A stretch of DNA of 64,000 nt from an uncultured Methanosarcinales archaeon (lineage in GTDB: Archaea; Nanobdellota; Nanobdellia; Woesearchaeales; JACJVV01). The notes under the pieces are model-generated. The model was not told the origin of the DNA. It made no database searches and saw only the letters and a list, made by a program, of their open reading frames with translations. Positions 11,893 through 20,987 of the stretch are shown piece by piece. The stretch is from assembly GCA_964581515.1 (NCBI GenBank), contig CAZOOV010000007.1:12698-76697 (forward strand), given 5' to 3'. Position numbers and translations under genes: made by a program. Position 1 is the stretch's first letter; the number at the start of each line of letters is the position of its first letter.

Positions 11893-12879
11893 TTACATCT
11901 TATTGATTATGTCATCGACCCAGTCAATCCTTGCAGGGCATCCTTCTATACATCTTCCGCACCCTGTACAGAATACTATATCATGCCTGTCTTTGAAATA
12001 TTGTATCTGATGATATATCCTATGCTTAAATCTTGCAAGTTTATTATCTCTGAATATGTGATCTCCAGCAACCCTTGTAAAATGTTTCAATTGACAACTT
12101 GCAGGTTTTCTTATTCTCTCTCCTGTCTTAAGGTCAAAGTTAATATCATCTTCTATAGTGAAACAATGGCAGTTAGGACATAAGAAATTGCACGCACCGC
12201 ATGCAAGGCACTTGTCTGCACCTTTTTCCCAATCTTTACTATCATATTTATCTTTAATGTCTGTTGTCTTTAGTTTTTTCTTGTTTTTTATAATTTTATC
12301 AGCATCTGTTATTGCATTCTCTGTCTCATCGAAGAATTCTTGGAAGTTGCTAATGAATTTCTGCCCTTTTTCTGAGCCTACTTCAATGCCATAAGTGTTG
12401 TCTTTTTCATAAAACATCAGATCAAAAAAGTCTTTTAGTTCGAATGAATTACAGAAACAATAATCATCACCAGATTTGCAATGATAACCTATTAATATTG
12501 AAGCGTCTCTTCTTGCTTTGTAATAAGGATCAACTTGAGTCTTTTCATCCAGGAAGACTATATCTTGATGATATATGCCATTGAGATCGCATCTTCTAAC
12601 TCCAAAGAAGACTCTTGTCTTAAGTGAAATCTTTGCATCAATAATCTTATTTCCATCAAATTTGAAAAGTACCTCTTTAGGATCAAAAAAGAAGGATTTT
12701 ACTGGGTGATATGTCTTTTTTTTGACAGAAATCTCCTCTGCAGAGTTTATTTTCTTGAAAAAGCTCTTGCTTACCAGTTTTTCTTTTTTAGCCTCGACAG
12801 GAGCTATAACATCATTATTATCCATAACTTTAGATATAAAATCGTTAAATTTGCTCTTTTGGAGTAAATATTGTCTCAT
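11893..12879 (-). CDS. hydB: Sulfhydrogenase beta subunit (AsrA-like 4Fe-4S)
   Basis: GVRRCD, DPYY, CFC, CLACGACNFLCPNCHC, CTGCGRCIEGCP. Confidence 0.9.
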   Translation of the reverse strand: MRQYLLQKSKFNDFISKVMDNNDVIAPVEAKKEKLVSKSFFKKINSAEEISVKKKTYHPVKSFFFDPKEVLFKFDGNKIIDAKISLKTRVFFGVRRCDLNGIYHQDIVFLDEKTQVDPYYKARRDASILIGYHCKSGDDYCFCNSFELKDFFDLMFYEKDNTYGIEVGSEKGQKFISNFQEFFDETENAITDADKIIKNKKKLKTTDIKDKYDSKDWEKGADKCLACGACNFLCPNCHCFTIEDDINFDLKTGERIRKPASCQLKHFTRVAGDHIFRDNKLARFKHRIYHQIQYFKDRHDIVFCTGCGRCIEGCPARIDWVDDIINKM

Positions 12880-12976
12880 TAAATTTTATGTTGAACAGCT
12901 CGTTTTTAAATATTTCGATAGCTGTGTGTAGCAATGTGTACCAGGATTTTTAAAGTTTAATCGATTCTTGTGATAA

Positions 12977-14056
12977 ATGCATAAGTCAGCAAAACCATTG
13001 ACAAAACTGCAAGAGTGGTGGATTGAGAAAAGACATTCTGATGAACTTGATTTAGTAGTTAAAGGATTAAATCAATCTTTTTTATGGGTAGTCACTACAA
13101 ATGTTTGTCAAGACAGTTGTGGTCATTGTTATGAAGAAACAGTCAAACCAAGTTCAGCAGATGCAAAATATATAGATCCAAATGTTGTTGTAAAGGCGGT
13201 AGAATTATTTCAGCCCCACAAAAGAAAGAATTTTGATTTTGAGCATAATCACGATGTTCAATTGACTGGAGGAGACGCTTTATCTCATCCTGGCATAGTT
13301 GAGATTGTAAGAGGAATAAAGAATATTGATGAAGATATCACCATCCACATAAGAACCAGTGGTTACCCATTGATTGGACATAAGAATGATGCAACAATAA
13401 AGGAATTAAAGGGGTTATTAACTAATACTGGTAATATAGGTGGTTCTGATGCAATCTCTCTACCTGAAAACCAAGATACATACCATGGACTTAGTGTTGA
13501 TTTACGATTAAAGCTGGCAAGAAAACTTAGAAATATAGGATTTAGAGGTTGTTATATCACACCTGATTCTGTATTAGATATCTTTGGCAGCAGTGATAAG
13601 GGATGGAAACCAAAAGCAATCGGAAGAGCAACGCAACTCGCTTCATCAGAAGTCTGTGAGCAAAGCTATGGATGCTGTAAAGTACACAAGATAGGTCAAG
13701 ATATATTAAGACAGGATGCTGTTAAGATTATTGAGGAGGGACTCCCTTTCTACGAGCATATGGGCAAATATCCAATGGCTCCTGCCAGGGAAGTTTGTTT
13801 AAGTTTGGATTATGGTGGTAATTTTAGATATTGCAATTATGCAAAACACAGTAGATTATTGCATTTTGATGATATTTGTGGGATGAATAAAGATGAAGCA
13901 ATACATAAGCTTGCATTGCAATATTTCAGGGTGAAACATCTACCTGATGATATGGGTGCTTTTTTTAAGAAGTATGATCCTAAGAATGAAGTTCCTGGAC
14001 CAGATAATTGTGCAAGATGTGTGCAAATAGTTAATAGTTTATTTTCTTCTAATTAA
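12977..14056 (+). CDS. Divergent radical SAM protein
   Basis: CxxxCxxC motif (CQDSCGHC), LTGGD, IRTSG, further Cys residues near the C-terminus. Confidence 0.75.
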   Translation: MHKSAKPLTKLQEWWIEKRHSDELDLVVKGLNQSFLWVVTTNVCQDSCGHCYEETVKPSSADAKYIDPNVVVKAVELFQPHKRKNFDFEHNHDVQLTGGDALSHPGIVEIVRGIKNIDEDITIHIRTSGYPLIGHKNDATIKELKGLLTNTGNIGGSDAISLPENQDTYHGLSVDLRLKLARKLRNIGFRGCYITPDSVLDIFGSSDKGWKPKAIGRATQLASSEVCEQSYGCCKVHKIGQDILRQDAVKIIEEGLPFYEHMGKYPMAPAREVCLSLDYGGNFRYCNYAKHSRLLHFDDICGMNKDEAIHKLALQYFRVKHLPDDMGAFFKKYDPKNEVPGPDNCARCVQIVNSLFSSN

Positions 14057-14131
14057 ATTTATTTTATAATTAAAACTATATTATATTCTAATTAGATAAA
14101 CTTTATATATTTAATAGGATTTGATGTTTTT

Positions 14132-15064
14132 ATGAAAAACGCAAAAGATTTGAGGAACAAAGGACTTTTACTTGTTTTGATGACTGCACTGATATCAGGC
14201 GTATCTATATTTATCAATAGATTTGGTGTTAAAGGCATTGATTCTACTGTTTTTGTATTTATGAAAAATCTTATAGTATCTATCTTCATATTTGGATTGA
14301 TACTTGGTATAACTCAGCTTAAAAGTTTGAAAGAATTATCTAAAAAGCAGTGGGGGAGCCTCATTGTCGTCGGACTTGTTGGTGGTTCTATCCCTTTTGT
14401 ATTATTTTTTAAGGGTTTGCAGATGAGTAACGGACCTATTGGAAGCCTAATACATAAGACTATGTTCATATTTGTAGCTATTCTTGCAGTATTATTCCTT
14501 AAAGAGAAATTAAGTAAGAAAATATTGATTCCAGCAGTATTGTTGCTTGTTGGAAATTTTTTAATGCTCTATAAAGGAACTCTTGAATTAAGTTTCGGTG
14601 CAGGTATGATCCTTGTCGCTACATTATTCTGGAGTGTTGAGAATGTAATATCAAAGAAACTTCTTGCAACAATAGATGCAAAGATACTAGCATTTGGAAG
14701 ATTATTCTTTGGAAGCATATTCATATCTATATACATGGCATTTACAGGCAAATTTGCACTTATGTCTAGCGTTAGTGTTTCTCAAATAGCATGGATATTG
14801 ATTACAGCAGCATTCTTAGCAGGATATGTATTGACCTGGTACAGCGGACTTAAACATGTAAAAGCGACAACAGCAACTTCAATATTATTGCTGGGAAGCC
14901 CTATAACAACATTACTTGGTTACACTTTCTCAGGAACTGCTGTAAGTGTAGTACAGTTCTTAGGGATGGTTTCTATCTTTGCTGGTGTTGGACTTATGAT
15001 ATATCTTATAGAAAAACAGTCTGAGAAAGTGAATAAGAATCATTTAACAACTTCTATAGCATAG
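14132..15064 (+). CDS. DMT/EamA family transporter
   Basis: About 10 TM helices in two EamA-like repeats; LFLKEKL motif. Confidence 0.9.
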   Translation: MKNAKDLRNKGLLLVLMTALISGVSIFINRFGVKGIDSTVFVFMKNLIVSIFIFGLILGITQLKSLKELSKKQWGSLIVVGLVGGSIPFVLFFKGLQMSNGPIGSLIHKTMFIFVAILAVLFLKEKLSKKILIPAVLLLVGNFLMLYKGTLELSFGAGMILVATLFWSVENVISKKLLATIDAKILAFGRLFFGSIFISIYMAFTGKFALMSSVSVSQIAWILITAAFLAGYVLTWYSGLKHVKATTATSILLLGSPITTLLGYTFSGTAVSVVQFLGMVSIFAGVGLMIYLIEKQSEKVNKNHLTTSIA

Positions 15065-15528
15065 CCATAATGTACTGTTACTTTGTCGCCTACTTTTACA
15101 TCTGGTACAAATTCACTGAATACATTTCTTTTCTTTATGGTTCCATCTTTTTTCTCATATTCTATTGATAGGAATCGATCTTTTTTTCCAGTCACATCAG
15201 CAATATGGACCATGCAGATATCTTTGAATGTAGGCGGAGCAATTGCATATATGCCATGACCATTCTCTATGAATTCATTGTGGTACTTTAGAAAATAATC
15301 CCTCATAAGCTCAGGGTCCCATCGGTCTTTATGGAGTTTTTTTGCAATTATATCAATATTTGGAAATGCTTTTGTAAATACTTTCTCTAATCTTTTACGC
15401 GAAATTGGTTTATTGTGTATTGCAATGTCTTCTAAGTCTTGTAGTTCATCTTCAGTTATCTCTTTTCTTTGCAGTTTTATGTACGTACAAGGAAATGCAT
15501 ATCTTAAAAAATAATTCTCGATTTTCAT
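15040..15528 (-). CDS. DUF6390-like protein with HypC-like C-terminal OB fold
   Basis: N-terminal FLRYAFPC. C-terminal VKVGDKVTVHYGYAIE mirrors the HypC consensus vGDxVlVHxGxA. Confidence 0.6.
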   Translation of the reverse strand: MKIENYFLRYAFPCTYIKLQRKEITEDELQDLEDIAIHNKPISRKRLEKVFTKAFPNIDIIAKKLHKDRWDPELMRDYFLKYHNEFIENGHGIYAIAPPTFKDICMVHIADVTGKKDRFLSIEYEKKDGTIKKRNVFSEFVPDVKVGDKVTVHYGYAIEVVK

Positions 15529-15585
15529 TTTTAATATTTATTCTTATTTTTAATGGTTATTTTTAATCTTCTTCTTAATTTATTT

Positions 15586-15816
15586 TTATTCCTTATTTTC
15601 TATTTCGTGCTTGAATACTTCTTCCCATTGTTTTATTGCTTCTAGTGCTTCTTTTTCAGGAACTGTTTGGAGAATAAGCTTGTTTTGTACAACTACATAA
15701 TCACCCACTTTGATGTCGGGATTCATTATTGTGACTTCTCTTTTTTCACTTCCGTAGTCTACTGTAGCTATACTTTCTTTTATATCTACAACTTTGCCAG
15801 GAATTGCCATGCACAT
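15586..15816 (-). CDS. hypC: Hydrogenase assembly chaperone HypC
   Basis: MCMAIPGKV...VGDYVVV. Confidence 0.9.
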   Translation of the reverse strand: MCMAIPGKVVDIKESIATVDYGSEKREVTIMNPDIKVGDYVVVQNKLILQTVPEKEALEAIKQWEEVFKHEIENKE

Positions 15817-15847
15817 TTTTTAGAGTGTTTTTTCGTCTCTTGTTGAT

Positions 15848-16171
15848 CTATTCTACATCAACTGATTTCAGGATCACTTTGTCTCCTTCAATTACTGTTG
15901 GAGTGACTCCACATGTTGGACATTGAAAAATTACAACATCATGTTGTCTTTCAACTACTTTTGGTTCTCCTTCATAGCCACATGCGTCGCATTTGACTTT
16001 TGCTGGTGTCTCTGTCATCTCAAAATCAAAGTCAGCTGCATTTTTCATCTGCATCTCTAAATCTTTTTTTGTGATGTTTGCTATCTGTCCTATTTCTATG
16101 TAGGCTTTCTTGACTTTTCCTTGTTCCTTCGCTTTTGATATTATCTCAGCTGCTATATGTATTCCATGCAT
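15848..16171 (-). CDS. hypA: Nickel metallochaperone HypA
   Basis: N-terminal MH, CDAC...CPTC. The canonical MHE is MHG here. Confidence 0.85.
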   Translation of the reverse strand: MHGIHIAAEIISKAKEQGKVKKAYIEIGQIANITKKDLEMQMKNAADFDFEMTETPAKVKCDACGYEGEPKVVERQHDVVIFQCPTCGVTPTVIEGDKVILKSVDVE

Positions 16172-16302
16172 TGTGAATGTAGGAAGAATGAGCTTGTTTT
16201 TATTGTTTTTGATTTTTGATTATTTTGATTGGATTTTATTCTCGAACATTTTAAATAAGATTATTGTAAAAAATAATAAATAATTGCATGAGGTGCATAA
16301 TT

Positions 16303-16479
16303 ATGGCTAAAAAGAAAGACAATGATTATGATAAGAAATTAAGCGGAGTATTAATACCAGGGTGTTTGCTTGTAGGGATAGGCGTGGGCTTCATTACAGG
16401 CCAGATTCCAGCAGGAACATTGATTGGTCTTGGTGTTGGATTCATAGCCATGTATATAGTATCTGTAAAGAAAAAGTAG
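16303..16479 (+). CDS. Small two-TM membrane protein
   Basis: SD GAGGTG before ATG 16303; Gly-rich hydrophobic hairpin. Confidence 0.7.
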   Translation: MAKKKDNDYDKKLSGVLIPGCLLVGIGVGFITGQIPAGTLIGLGVGFIAMYIVSVKKK

Positions 16480-16540
16480 TATATATTAAATAATAATGAT
16501 TAAGTTAGTATTGAGTAGATTATAATAAAAAGAATAACAA

Positions 16541-16984
16541 TTATAATACTTTTACGCCTTTTTTTGCAGAGTAATATAGTCTATATCCATTTTTTCTACA
16601 TAATTTTCTTATTCTTGGTTTTATTAAAGAACATGCAACAATAGTATCTAAATGCCAACCTTGGGCTATATAGTCTGCTCTTTCAAGGAGTTCCCTTGCA
16701 TAACCCTTCCCTTGGTATTTTGGCTCTATTCCAATCCCTAGTAAAGATAATACTGTTTCCATGCGATATTCTGGTTCTCTTATCTTGCCATGAGGAACTA
16801 CTTCTCTGCATCTCATGACATCCATGAAACCTACTTCTCCAGTCATGCAATTAGGTTCAGAACTAGCTGGTGGAGTGAAAATAGTACGCTGTGTTGAAGG
16901 TATTAAGTCACCTAAAGCGACTCTATAGATAAAACTACCTTGGATATTGACATTCAAGTAAAATTCGTTTATCTTTGGCGGCAT
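16541..16984 (-). CDS. GNAT family acetyltransferase
   Basis: Acetyl-CoA motif IEPKYQGKGYARELL; C-terminal KNGY. Confidence 0.8.
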   Translation of the reverse strand: MPPKINEFYLNVNIQGSFIYRVALGDLIPSTQRTIFTPPASSEPNCMTGEVGFMDVMRCREVVPHGKIREPEYRMETVLSLLGIGIEPKYQGKGYARELLERADYIAQGWHLDTIVACSLIKPRIRKLCRKNGYRLYYSAKKGVKVL

Positions 16985-17139
16985 GGCTGTTAAGAACAAG
17001 CTTATTAATATAAATATACTTATTTAACGTTATTTTGTGCTTACTTAGCGATGATAATATCACAAATGTTTATAAAATAAAAAAGAATCTCTTCTATTAT
17101 AGTTTATTATAGATTATAACTTATTAGGGGGACGATAAT

Positions 17140-17442
17140 ATGGGTTTTGGTAAAGAGATGGGATCATTTGCAAGGGAAAATCCTTGGATTACTTATATGA
17201 TAATAGGTGCAGCAGTAGCAGGAGGCGTAGCTATTTTTTCAAAAGATGGTGAATCTTCTGATGATAAAGCAGCAACTCAACCAGTGCCGCTAGTTCAAAG
17301 AGCTGACGTAGGTTTTGGTCCAGGAAAAGAGTCATATGTTGAAGTTGGTGGTATAAAATACTTCTCAGAAGTCAATGGTGTTGAACTGGAAACAAGAAAA
17401 GACCTTGGCGATATGTTGAGACAGACATATGTAAGAGAATAA
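17140..17442 (+). CDS. Hypothetical membrane-anchored protein
   Basis: N-terminal TM segment; SD AGGGGG upstream. Confidence 0.65.
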   Translation: MGFGKEMGSFARENPWITYMIIGAAVAGGVAIFSKDGESSDDKAATQPVPLVQRADVGFGPGKESYVEVGGIKYFSEVNGVELETRKDLGDMLRQTYVRE

Positions 17443-17631
17443 AGCTTTATTTTTTTATTATTGTTAATTATGTTCTTTTCTTTATTTCTATTGTTTTTCA
17501 TTACCTTACCCATAAGCTTTATAAATGGACCTAGATTTCATGGAGTTGGTATCTAATCATATTGAACAAGCGTAGGACTTGGATATGCTGTTCATCAAAT
17601 CAACTGAATTAAATTCATAGGAGGGTCAATA

Positions 17632-18480
17632 ATGCCACCAAAATCAAAATCAAAATCAGCAGATATGAAGGTAAGAAAGAAAAGATGGGTGAAGATAATC
17701 TCACCAACATTTCGAGATCAAGAACTAGGTGAAACATGTGTTTTTGATTTAAATAATGCACTTGGTAAGCCAATCAAGGCAAACTTAATGAATCTCTTGG
17801 GTGATCCAAGAAAACAAAATATTGATGTTCTATTCGAGACTGATAAACTTAAAGGAGAAACAGCTGTTTTAGCATCCATTAAAGGATATAAAGTACAGCA
17901 ACCTTCATTAAAGAAGCTTGTCAGAAGAGGAAAAACAAAGATTGAGGATTCTTTCAAATGCCATACTGGTGATAAGAAACCAATTATTGTCAAGACATTC
18001 ATAATCACAAGAAATATCGTTAATAAATCAGTAGCAAGCAAGATAAGAGGCTTTGTGAAAAATTTAGCAGTCAATAAGATTGCAAAGATGACTTTTGAAG
18101 ACTTTGTTAAAGGAGTTGTTGAGTCAAGAGTACAAAGAGAAGTAAAATCTGCTGCTGAAAAGATATATCCTATCAGAATTGTTGAATTCAGTACAATAAA
18201 AATCTTTAAAGGAGCTAAAGGTGCTTTTGAAAAACCATCAAAGGTTGAAGAGGCAACAGACAGTAAAAGCAAACCTGCTAAAAGTGATAAAGAAAAAACA
18301 ACAGAAACAACTAAAGACGACAAGAAAGAAGAGAAGAAATCAGAAAAGCAAGAGAAAACAGCAGAACCTGAAGAAGCAGTAGTAGAGGAAAAAGAAGAAA
18401 AAGCTGAAGTTAAACCTGAGACTGAATCTGAAGAAGCTCCTGCTGAGGAAAAAAAGCAAGAAAAAGCTGATAAAGAGTAA
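17632..18480 (+). CDS. rps3ae: 30S ribosomal protein S3Ae (eS1) with charged C-terminal extension
   Basis: KKRWVKIISP...LGET...LVRRGKTKIED...KIYPIRIVE. About 85 aa E/K-rich tail. SD GGAGG. Confidence 0.85.
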   Translation: MPPKSKSKSADMKVRKKRWVKIISPTFRDQELGETCVFDLNNALGKPIKANLMNLLGDPRKQNIDVLFETDKLKGETAVLASIKGYKVQQPSLKKLVRRGKTKIEDSFKCHTGDKKPIIVKTFIITRNIVNKSVASKIRGFVKNLAVNKIAKMTFEDFVKGVVESRVQREVKSAAEKIYPIRIVEFSTIKIFKGAKGAFEKPSKVEEATDSKSKPAKSDKEKTTETTKDDKKEEKKSEKQEKTAEPEEAVVEEKEEKAEVKPETESEEAPAEEKKQEKADKE

Positions 18481-18662
18481 TTATCCTTTTTTATTTATCT
18501 TTCTTTAATATTTTCTTATTATTTTATACAGTTCTTATTTTTATATTATTTCTTCATAATCTAAATTCTTTTTATAGTATATTTAATTATATCTTCTTAG
18601 CTAAATTGTTTATCATGTGCAGAATGACAAGATTTAAATATAACTTCTCTTGATTTTTTATT

Positions 18663-19313
18663 ATGACAAGATTAAAGAAAAATATTCATCTCTTGAATAA
18701 GAAATGGACTGAAACAAAAGTTGATGATGAGATTACAAGAGGACTTGATCTTCTAAATAAGGTTGATTGTAAGATTGTAACAATACTAGGTTCTCATATT
18801 AGTGGGCCAAAGACTAAAGAATACAAGCATTGTGTTGATCTATGTAGTAAATTATCAAAGAAAGGATATGCTATCGTGACTGGGGGTGGTCCCGGTATAA
18901 TGGAAGCTGCAAACAAGGCAGCAGCAATGTCCGGAGGTCCTTCTGTTGGTATTAGAGCTGGTTTAATTAAGAATGAAAAAGTTGAGGGGTCCCCTTATAC
19001 TCATCTAGAATCATTTGACTTTCTGTTTGTCAGAAGATTCATATTATCAGTCAAGAGTGATGCATTAATATTTTATCCTGGTGCTTATGGTACATTTAAT
19101 GAGCTTTTTGAATATGTTGTCCTTGTGGCTACTGGTCTTGTAGATAAAGTACCATTAATATGTGTTGGAAAAACTTTTTGGCAAGGGCTATTTGATTGGA
19201 TGAAGAAACAGCCTGTGAAAAAAGGGATGTTTCCACATGGTGCAAAAGATCTTAAGATGATTCATGTAGTAGATAATGTTACTGAGATAGTTAAGATTAT
19301 AGAAGGAAAGTGA
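18663..19313 (+). CDS. LOG family nucleotide phosphoribohydrolase
   Basis: VTGGGPGIMEAAN, FVRR, PGAYGTFNELFE. Confidence 0.9.
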   Translation: MTRLKKNIHLLNKKWTETKVDDEITRGLDLLNKVDCKIVTILGSHISGPKTKEYKHCVDLCSKLSKKGYAIVTGGGPGIMEAANKAAAMSGGPSVGIRAGLIKNEKVEGSPYTHLESFDFLFVRRFILSVKSDALIFYPGAYGTFNELFEYVVLVATGLVDKVPLICVGKTFWQGLFDWMKKQPVKKGMFPHGAKDLKMIHVVDNVTEIVKIIEGK

Positions 19314-19345
19314 TTGTTTATTCTTGAGAAGCAAGTAATTAAAAA

Positions 19346-20185
19346 TTAATTATTTATTCTTTTAAGCAAATCTAATACATATTCTAAAGATGCATCGCCC
19401 ATCAATACGACATCATAAGCATTTGTATATTGTTCTATCATCAAAGGATCATCGTGATTTAAGAATCCAATCTTTATTATGCAATCATGTTCCATACCAT
19501 CTGCCATATTTAGGTCACCCATAGAATCTCCTAGAAGAATAACGTTCTTACGATTTTTGATCTCATCATGATATGGTGTTCCTTTTATGCTAATCTCATT
19601 CTTATTGAAAACATGTATTGCTCTTGATTTATATCCTATTACACTGCCTTCTTCATTGAAATTATAAAAGTTAGAGATTATATGGACATTCTTTGTTAGT
19701 TTACCTAGTGTCCTAAGATATTCATCTATAACATCACCTAGTCCTGCTGAGAAGATAAGGAAAGGCAGTTCATTATCCTTTATGAAGTCAATCATCTCAA
19801 ATAGAGAGTCTCTAGGATGAAAATCACCTTTGCGTGCAATTTCCATCAGAATGTCCTTGCTTAATTTGACCTCAACCATTAGTTCCATATGCTTATTCCA
19901 CCATTCTTCCATCTTCTTAATCTTTTCTTTAATAGGAATCGTAGGGTCTTTTTCAATAGGATAATATATGTCAAATAATTCATATGCTTTCTTTTTGTAC
20001 TCATCAGTGAGATATCCTCCATCTCTAATCTGAGCGAATGAAGAAACAGTCTTTCTGTCTTCTGTGTAAGCTTTTGTCAGAGTTTGATCGAAGTCCGCAA
20101 TAATATGAAGATTTCTTAGTCCGTCCTCTTTAAGCTTAGAAATTTTCTTCTTGAACTCTTCCTCATCTCTTATTTTTATCTCCAT
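19346..20185 (-). CDS. Pyrimidine 5'-nucleotidase (cN-III/UMPH-1, HAD)
   Basis: ADFDQTLT, YYPIE, MEEWW, FSAG, IHVFNK, LLGDSMGDLNMADG, KIGFLN. Confidence 0.9.
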   Translation of the reverse strand: MEIKIRDEEEFKKKISKLKEDGLRNLHIIADFDQTLTKAYTEDRKTVSSFAQIRDGGYLTDEYKKKAYELFDIYYPIEKDPTIPIKEKIKKMEEWWNKHMELMVEVKLSKDILMEIARKGDFHPRDSLFEMIDFIKDNELPFLIFSAGLGDVIDEYLRTLGKLTKNVHIISNFYNFNEEGSVIGYKSRAIHVFNKNEISIKGTPYHDEIKNRKNVILLGDSMGDLNMADGMEHDCIIKIGFLNHDDPLMIEQYTNAYDVVLMGDASLEYVLDLLKRINN

Positions 20186-20290
20186 ATGCTCTGTGAGAAT
20201 TGATTTATTTAAAAAGTTTTACTGAAGGTAAGCATATGTGCTATGCAAAAGAAATACTTTTAAATGGGCAGGAAAAAGATAATGTTAACA

Positions 20291-20775
20291 ATGAAAATAA
20301 CATTCATAACCACCGTGGAACAATAGATAAGGCTTACGCCAAACATAAGGGTACATATAACTTTGATATTATGGATCCTTCTGTGGCTTTTGTTATGAAG
20401 AACATCAGGCCTAATTTTGAATATGAAATCATTTCTGTACTAAAAAAAGATAGCTTAGATATGGATGAAAAAGATAGGAAACTTGTATTTGATGCATGTA
20501 ATGATGTGAGTAATGATAAAATAATTGTAACGCATGGTACAGATACGATGATTGATACAGCTAAAGAATTAAGCAAGATAAAAGATAAAATAATAATTTT
20601 AGTTGGTGCGTCTCAACCAGAACGGTTCAAGGAAACAGATGCTGATTTTAATATAGGCATGGCAGTTGCAGCAGTAAATATATTATCAGAAGGTGTATTT
20701 GTTGCAATGAACGGTAGAGTTTATCCCTGGGATAAATGTGAAAAAGAAGATTCTGGGCATTTTGTTGAGAAGTGA
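20291..20775 (+). pseudogene. Short L-asparaginase with a 1-nt frameshift in the catalytic TGGT motif
   Basis: ATG 20291 gives MKITFITT, then ACC GT GGA ACA ATA GAT AAG. Adding one G near 20315 restores TTGGTIDK. Downstream motifs DSLDM, VTHGTDTM and AMNG are intact. Confidence 0.8.
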
Positions 20776-20792
20776 ATTATTTAGAAATAAAC

Positions 20793-20939
20793 TCATTCAA
20801 GCCATTTCTTTCTCTCTTTTGTCTTCTTCTCAGTTACAGGTATGTCAGAATCCTCGTCGACATCTGCTATGTCCTTGAGTTTTTCAAGTGAATCTCTTAA
20901 AAGATCCTTTTTCTTGTTCTCCTTTTCTGGGTCTAGCAT
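20793..20939 (-). CDS. Small charged protein (48 aa, not in the ORF track)
   Basis: MLDPEKENKKKDLLRDSLEKLKDIADVDEDSDIPVTEKKTKERKKWLE; SD-like AAGGT upstream. Confidence 0.55.
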   Translation of the reverse strand: MLDPEKENKKKDLLRDSLEKLKDIADVDEDSDIPVTEKKTKERKKWLE

Positions 20940-20987
20940 ATTAATTACCTTTACTTTTGTTCCTTAATATTTTTTATTCAAATACTA

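Noticed and set aside
20200..20290. N-terminal extension of asparaginase in the ORF track
   Set aside because: Artefact of the frameshift; this region is the divergent promoter spacer.
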